From Patescibacteria group bacterium (GTDB lineage Bacteria; Patescibacteriota; Patescibacteriia; UBA1558; GWA2-36-10): a stretch of DNA of 64,000 nt. A model generated the notes under the pieces. The model saw only the letters and a list, made by a program, of their open reading frames with translations. It was not told the origin of the DNA and made no database searches. Positions within the stretch are counted from its first letter, which is position 1, and each line of letters opens with the position of its first letter. Location: assembly GCA_041662585.1 (NCBI GenBank), contig JBAZSG010000006.1:4155-68154 (forward strand). Reading direction: 5' to 3'. A program made the position numbers and the translations under genes. Positions 59,320 through 64,000 of this stretch are shown one piece after another.

Positions 59320-61230
59320 ATGGGAAAAATTATTGGAATTGACTTGGGAACCACAAACTCTGCTGTTGCTATTATAGAGGGTGGTAAACCAAAAATTTTG
59401 GAAAACAAAGAAGGTAACCGTACTACTCCATCTATGGTTGCTATTTCCAAAAACGGAGAACGCTTAGTTGGTATTGCTGCCAAACGTCAAGCAGTCACCA
59501 ATTCGGCCAATACTATTTTTTCAGTCAAAAGATTGATTGGTAGAAAATATAATGATCCAGCCATTAAAGAAGATATAGATACTGTGTCTTATAAAATTGT
59601 TAAAGCTGGAGAGGGAGTAAAAGTAAAAATGGGAGATAAAGAACATACTCCTCAAGAAATTTCAGCTATGATACTACAAAAAATCAAAGCTGACGCTGAA
59701 GAAAAATTGGGTGAGCCAGTCACTGAAGCAGTGATTACTGTGCCAGCTTATTTTGATGATGGACAACGTCAGGCCACCAAAGATGCTGGTAAGATTGCTG
59801 GTTTGGAAGTAAAACGTATTATCAACGAGCCAACTGCTGCTGCCCTAGCTTATGGTTTTGACAAGAAAAAAGATCAACAAGTAGTAGTTTATGATCTTGG
59901 TGGTGGTACATTTGATGTATCAATCCTAGATGTATCTTCAGATACAGTAGAAGTAAAAGCTACCAATGGTGATACTCACTTGGGTGGTGATGATTTTGAT
60001 CAGATAATTATTGCTTGGATTTTAGCAGAGTACAAAAAACAAGAGGGTATTGATTTATCTGGCGATCCTTTGGCCATGCAAAGACTCAAAGAGTCTGCTG
60101 AAAAAGCCAAAACAGAACTTTCTTCATCAATGGAAACAGAAATCAATCAACCATTTATCACTACTGATGAATCTGGTCCAAAACATTTGGTAATGAAAAT
60201 TACTAGAGCTAAGCTAGAAGAGTTGGTTGGTGATTTGGTAGCCAAAACTCTAGAACCATGTAAAAAGGCTTTGGCCGATGCTAAAATAACAATTAAGGAT
60301 ATTGAAGAAGTAATCATGGTTGGTGGCATGACTAGAATGCCATTGGTCCAAAAGAAAGTAGAAGAATTTTTTGGTAAAAAACCAAATATATCAGTAAACC
60401 CTGATGAAGTAGTAGCTCTTGGTGCGGCAGTACAAGCTGGTGTATTACAAGGTGATGTCAAAGATGTATTGCTTCTTGATGTCACACCTTTGACATTGGG
60501 AATTGAAACTATGGGTGGAATACGTACTCCACTGATAGAAAGAAACGCTACTATTCCTACTTCAAAATCTCAAATATTTTCTACAGCCGCTGATAATCAA
60601 GACACCGTAGAAATACATGTCTTACAAGGTGAGCGTCAAATGGCTCAAGACAACAAGACACTAGGTAGATTTACTTTATCTGGTATTCCTCCAGCTCCTC
60701 GTGGTGTGCCACAAATTGAAGTGAGTTTTGATATTGATGCCAACGGTATTTTAAATGTAAAGGCAGTTGATAAAGCCACTAACAAAGAACAGTCTATTAC
60801 TATCAAATCATCTTCAGGTCTTAGTGATGCTGAGGTAGAAAAAATGACCAAAGATGCTGAGGCTCATGCCGAAGAAGATAAAAAGAAAAAAGAAGAAGTA
60901 GAAGTCAGAAATAGTGCTGATCATATTGTCTTTCAAACAGAGAAATTTATCAAAGATAATAAAGACAAAATAAAAGAAGAAGATAAAAAAGAAATGGAAG
61001 AAAAGATGGAAGCTTTGAAGAAAGTCAAAGATGATTCTGATTTAGAGAAGGTAAAATCAGCTGTCAAAGACATGGAAGAAGTCGTACAAAAAATTGGCGC
61101 AGCTATGTATCAAAATCAAGCTCAAGAACAGCAAAATACTGCTGGTGCTGCTGGTCCAGAGACAGATAAAAAAGCTGACAAAGAGCCAGTTGAAGGTGAC
61201 TTTGAAGAAGTAAAAGAAAATAAAAAATAA
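59320..61230 (+). CDS. dnaK: Chaperone DnaK
   Basis: [37 protein letters not shown]. Confidence 0.98.
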   Translation: MGKIIGIDLGTTNSAVAIIEGGKPKILENKEGNRTTPSMVAISKNGERLVGIAAKRQAVTNSANTIFSVKRLIGRKYNDPAIKEDIDTVSYKIVKAGEGVKVKMGDKEHTPQEISAMILQKIKADAEEKLGEPVTEAVITVPAYFDDGQRQATKDAGKIAGLEVKRIINEPTAAALAYGFDKKKDQQVVVYDLGGGTFDVSILDVSSDTVEVKATNGDTHLGGDDFDQIIIAWILAEYKKQEGIDLSGDPLAMQRLKESAEKAKTELSSSMETEINQPFITTDESGPKHLVMKITRAKLEELVGDLVAKTLEPCKKALADAKITIKDIEEVIMVGGMTRMPLVQKKVEEFFGKKPNISVNPDEVVALGAAVQAGVLQGDVKDVLLLDVTPLTLGIETMGGIRTPLIERNATIPTSKSQIFSTAADNQDTVEIHVLQGERQMAQDNKTLGRFTLSGIPPAPRGVPQIEVSFDIDANGILNVKAVDKATNKEQSITIKSSSGLSDAEVEKMTKDAEAHAEEDKKKKEEVEVRNSADHIVFQTEKFIKDNKDKIKEEDKKEMEEKMEALKKVKDDSDLEKVKSAVKDMEEVVQKIGAAMYQNQAQEQQNTAGAAGPETDKKADKEPVEGDFEEVKENKK

Positions 61231-61236
61231 GTCCTC

Positions 61237-62343
61237 ATGGCCAAAGATTTTTATAAAATTTTAGGAGTTAATAAAACAGCTAGTGAAGCGGAAATAAAAA
61301 AAGCTTTTCGCAAACTAGCGCACCAGCATCATCCTGACAAAGCCAATGGTAATGCCGATAAGTTCAAGGAAATAAACGAAGCTTATCAGGTCTTGTCCAA
61401 CAAAGAAAAACGTAGTCAGTACGATCAATTTGGTTCTACTTTTGATGGAGCAGGTGGCAATCCTTTTGGTGGAGGCAATCCTTTTGGACAGGGCAATATG
61501 GGAGGTTTTGATTTTTCCGGAGCTCAAAATATGGATTTTGATTTGGGAGATATATTTGGTCAGTTTTTTGGTGGAGGAGCATCAAATAGCAGAGCTAGAA
61601 GTCAAAGAGGTCAAGATATACAAGTTGATATGGAAATTACTCTCAAAGAAGCTGTTTTTGGTAAAACAGATACTTTCTCTTTGCGCAAACAAGTAGCTTG
61701 TCCACCTTGTAAAGGTACAGGCGCAGAAAAAGGTACCTCCTATGAAAAATGTCCAACTTGTGATGGCAGTGGTAAGATTGCTACTACAGTACTAGGTACT
61801 TTTCGTACTCAAACTGTCTGTCCAGAATGTATGGGACAAGGTAAGTTGATTAAAAACAAATGTGGTGCTTGTCATGGTCAAGGATTCAATGAAGAAAATG
61901 TAGATATCAAAGTAGAAATACCAGCTGGTATAGACGATGGTCAAGCTATTCGTTTGGCTGGGCAAGGTAATGCTGGTAACAATGGATCTCCAGCTGGTGA
62001 TATGTATGTCAATGTTCATGTCAAAAATGAACCAGGTTTTGAGAGACATGGCAGTGACTTGGTGAGTGAATATGATATTCCATTTACTGTAGCTGCCTTG
62101 GGTGGGGAGATACAGGTCAAAACTATTGATTCTAAAGTAAAACTTAAAATACCAGCTGGTACTCCTAGTGGCAAACAATTTGTTTTGAGAGACAAAGGTG
62201 TCACTCATCTTAGGTCTCGTGGTCGTGGTAATCAAATAGTCATAGTCAATGTAGATGTGCCCAAAAAACTGACTAAAAAACAAAAAGATTTATTAGAAGA
62301 ACTAAATAAAGAATTTTTTGTTAGTAAAAAGGGATGGTTTTAA
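61237..62343 (+). CDS. dnaJ: Chaperone DnaJ
   Basis: J domain with HPD, G/F region, four CxxCxGxG repeats. Confidence 0.97.
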   Translation: MAKDFYKILGVNKTASEAEIKKAFRKLAHQHHPDKANGNADKFKEINEAYQVLSNKEKRSQYDQFGSTFDGAGGNPFGGGNPFGQGNMGGFDFSGAQNMDFDLGDIFGQFFGGGASNSRARSQRGQDIQVDMEITLKEAVFGKTDTFSLRKQVACPPCKGTGAEKGTSYEKCPTCDGSGKIATTVLGTFRTQTVCPECMGQGKLIKNKCGACHGQGFNEENVDIKVEIPAGIDDGQAIRLAGQGNAGNNGSPAGDMYVNVHVKNEPGFERHGSDLVSEYDIPFTVAALGGEIQVKTIDSKVKLKIPAGTPSGKQFVLRDKGVTHLRSRGRGNQIVIVNVDVPKKLTKKQKDLLEELNKEFFVSKKGWF

Positions 62344-62346
62344 TCC

Positions 62347-62375
62347 TTGACTTTTTCTTGATTTTTATTTATAAT
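62347..62375 (+). promoter_or_regulatory. Sigma70 promoter of tRNA-Thr/rpmG
   Basis: TTGACT-17bp-TATAAT. Confidence 0.7.
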
Positions 62376-62396
62376 TTATTCCGTTATTTATATATT

Positions 62397-62472
62397 GCCA
62401 TCCTAGCTCAGTTGGTAGAGCAACGGTTTTGTAAACCGTCGGTCGTCGGTTCGAGTCCGACGGATGGCTCCA
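62397..62472 (+). tRNA. tRNA-Thr (TGT)
   Basis: Acceptor GCCATCC/GGATGGC, anticodon arm ACGGT-TTTGTAA-ACCGT, TTCGAGT T-loop, encoded CCA. Confidence 0.96.
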
Positions 62473-62510
62473 TCATTCACTTATTTTAAAGAATTATTAA
62501 AAACATTGAT

Positions 62511-62666
62511 ATGTCACAAGATAATTTAGCCAAACTAGAGTGTACTGAATGTCACAGTATTAATTACCATAGTCACAGAAATAAAAAAACTGTAAAAGAA
62601 AGACTAGAAGTAAAAAAACATTGCAAAAAGTGTAAAAAACACACAATGCATAAAGAAACTAAATAA
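62511..62666 (+). CDS. rpmG: 50S ribosomal protein L33 (Zn-binding type); not in the supplied ORF track
   Basis: [51 protein letters not shown]. Confidence 0.95.
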   Translation: MSQDNLAKLECTECHSINYHSHRNKKTVKERLEVKKHCKKCKKHTMHKETK

Positions 62667-62696
62667 TCCCAGCCCAATCCTTGGGAGGGATTATTT
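62661..62696 (+). terminator. Hairpin overlapping the rpmG stop
   Basis: AAATAATCCC..CCCA-ATCCT-TGGG..GGGATTATTT. Confidence 0.5.
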
Positions 62697-62750
62697 CTTA
62701 ATGGGATATGGATTATTGAAAAGATTAAAATTTTTATAAACACTTGGTAG

Positions 62751-62824
62751 GGGGGAGTATTTCAGTGGTAGAATGCTGGTCTCCAAAACCAGCGACGAGG
62801 GTTCGATTCCTTCCTCCCCTGCCA
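62751..62824 (+). tRNA. tRNA-Trp (CCA)
   Basis: GGGGGAG/CTCCCCT acceptor, CTGGT-CTCCAAA-ACCAG anticodon arm, GAGGG-TTCGATT-CCTTC, GCCA end. Confidence 0.93.
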
Positions 62825-62836
62825 AATGTTTAGAAG

Positions 62837-62918
62837 ATAGTTTGGTCTCCATCCAGCCCCTCGCGAGGGGCTGGATCCAAAACCTCTAGCGTGGGTCCGA
62901 TTCCTACCGCCCCTGCCA
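62837..62918 (+). pseudogene. tRNA-Trp-like remnant interrupted by a palindromic insertion
   Basis: GGTCTCCA[insert]AAACCTC..GTGGG-TCCGATT-CCTAC-CGCCCCT-GCCA; no intact 5' acceptor strand or D arm. Confidence 0.75.
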
Positions 62919-62973
62919 AAAGAGCAAGATATTCAGTATCTTGTTTTTTTGATATACTAAATATATTAAAATT
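62913..62973 (+). repeat. 61-bp direct repeat copy 1 (tRNA end, terminator, extended -10)
   Basis: 57/61 identical to 63836-63896. Confidence 0.9.
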
Positions 62974-62980
62974 ATATATT

Positions 62981-63319
62981 ATGAAAGAAATAAATTGGAA
63001 AGATTTTGATAAGGTTGAAGTAAGAGTGGGGACTATTATAGAAGTAGAAGATTTTCCGGAAGCTAAGATACCGGCTTATAAAATAAAAGTCGATTTTGGT
63101 AATGAAATTGGGATTAAAAAATCAAGTGCTAGAATTACAAATTTATATACAAAAGAAGAATTGTTAAATAAAAAAATAATTGCTGTAGTTAATTTTCCAC
63201 CAAAACAGATTGGTCCATTTGTTTCTGAATTTCTTTGCGCTGGTTTTTATAGGAAAGATGGTACAGTGGTATTAGCAGTTCCAGATAAAGATATTCCCAA
63301 TGGCAGTAAACTTGGTTAA
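62981..63319 (+). CDS. csaA: CsaA / Trbp111-like tRNA-binding OB-fold protein
   Basis: [41 protein letters not shown]; true start ATG 62981. Confidence 0.88.
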   Translation: MKEINWKDFDKVEVRVGTIIEVEDFPEAKIPAYKIKVDFGNEIGIKKSSARITNLYTKEELLNKKIIAVVNFPPKQIGPFVSEFLCAGFYRKDGTVVLAVPDKDIPNGSKLG

Positions 63320-63337
63320 TTTTTTATATAAAATATT

Positions 63338-63368
63338 AGGGTAGAAGTCGTGGCTTCTACCCTTTTTT
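63338..63368 (+). terminator. Intrinsic terminator after csaA
   Basis: AGGGTAGAAG-TCGTGG-CTTCTACCCT followed by a T run. Confidence 0.8.
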
Positions 63369-63382
63369 GATTGTTGCGAATC

Positions 63383-63601
63383 TTACGGACAAATGCTATT
63401 AGCATCAGGTACCGTAAAAGATGATACTCTAATTTGACCAACTGGGAGATCTACGTTTACTCCCTGTGCTCTAAGATATGGCGTAGCATGATCTGCCGAG
63501 ACATAAATCTCTTTAGCTTTTACACCGGCTTTAATTAGAGCAGTGGTCAGATCAGCTAAGTCATGCTGATCAGCAACAATAACTAAACGTTTGACGGCCA
63601 T
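63383..63601 (-). CDS. Small hypothetical protein (about 72 aa)
   Basis: GGAGG 6 nt upstream of ATG 63601; globular-like composition. Confidence 0.6.
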   Translation of the reverse strand: MAVKRLVIVADQHDLADLTTALIKAGVKAKEIYVSADHATPYLRAQGVNVDLPVGQIRVSSFTVPDANSICP

Positions 63602-63618
63602 AGCCATCCTCCAATCTT

Positions 63619-63653
63619 AAAAACTAATCACCTTGATTGATGATTAGTTTTTT
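63619..63653 (-). terminator. Hairpin upstream of the small ORF (possible attenuator terminator)
   Basis: AAAAACTAATCA...TGATTAGTTTTT. Confidence 0.55.
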
Positions 63654-63835
63654 ATATCTTTCTATATTTTTTAGAATTTTAAGAACGCCACAAAAAGCTA
63701 ATCACCATGGATAGCTTTGGTAGCGGTTGGTTTGTTCTTAAAATATTTCTCATAAGTCTATATATTACTACATTTTTACAAAATGTCAATTTAATAATTT
63801 TTATCAAAAAATCTTCCAACTTCGTCCCACAATCT

Positions 63836-63896
63836 CTGCCAAAAGAGCAAGATAGTTATTATCTTGTTTTTTTGATATACTAAAGATATTAAAATT
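63836..63896 (+). repeat. 61-bp direct repeat copy 2
   Basis: CTGCCAAAAGAGCAAGATA-GTTAT-TATCTTGTTTTTTTGATATACT..., preceded by a decayed T-arm-like TTCGTCCCAC. Confidence 0.9.
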
Positions 63897-63909
63897 TAAA
63901 TTAAATTTT

Positions 63910-64000
63910 ATGAAAAAACTACTTATTATCTTATTTTTACCTATTTTTATTAGTGGTTGTTTTAATGGCTCTGGCGTGGGTAAAACTGAAAAATTTTCTA
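63910..64000 (+). CDS. Putative lipoprotein, 3'-partial
   Basis: MKKLLIILFLPIFISGC, signal peptide with lipobox-like ISGC; open to the window end. Confidence 0.6.
   Translation, partial: MKKLLIILFLPIFISGCFNGSGVGKTEKFS

Noticed and set aside
62891-62980. N-terminal extension [11 protein letters not shown] of the csaA ORF
   Set aside because: It is a translation of the tRNA remnant, terminator and promoter repeat; CsaA similarity starts at ATG 62981
1-64000. Alternative genetic code 25 (TGA=Gly), prophage or integrase
   Set aside because: Genes are intact under code 11 and TGA acts as stop in ATGA overlaps; no phage or recombinase genes recognised

Overview
AT-rich bacterial window. It is probably from a Patescibacteria/CPR (Parcubacteria/ABY1-like) genome; this is inferred from DUF192/DUF5667-type genes, a short HrcA, scarce Shine-Dalgarno sites, the pilin repertoire and TGA used as stop. 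It has six blocks. (1) 1-5.2 kb: map, RuvX, a WecA/TagO-like transferase, DUF192, hypotheticals and an HtrA-like protein lacking catalytic residues. (2) 5.2-17.2 kb: an ECF sigma factor with a DUF5667 partner, a highly structured ~390-nt leader, a 1255-aa S-layer-like protein, a TPR protein and two O-antigen-ligase/OTase-TPR paralogs. (3) 17.2-39.1 kb: a glycan biosynthesis locus (5 GT4, GT2, 6 SAM methyltransferases, 2 AsnB-like amidotransferases, kinase, acyltransferase, Wzx, dehydrogenase, epimerase, priming transferase) bounded by two related palindromes. (4) 39.1-52.4 kb: a minimal MCP-CheW-CheA-CheY cassette running into a type IV pilus operon. (5) 52.4-62.3 kb: a MacAB/YknXYZ-like ABC system and a CIRCE-controlled hrcA-grpE-hsp20-ORF-dnaK-dnaJ operon. 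(6) 62.3-64 kb: tRNA-Thr, rpmG and tRNA-Trp, followed by repeated units of tRNA 3' remnant, terminator, promoter and cargo gene. The best novelty candidates are the pilus-linked minimal Che system, the tRNA-Trp-anchored cassette repeats and the S-layer leader RNA. All calls come from motif recognition only; no searches were run.
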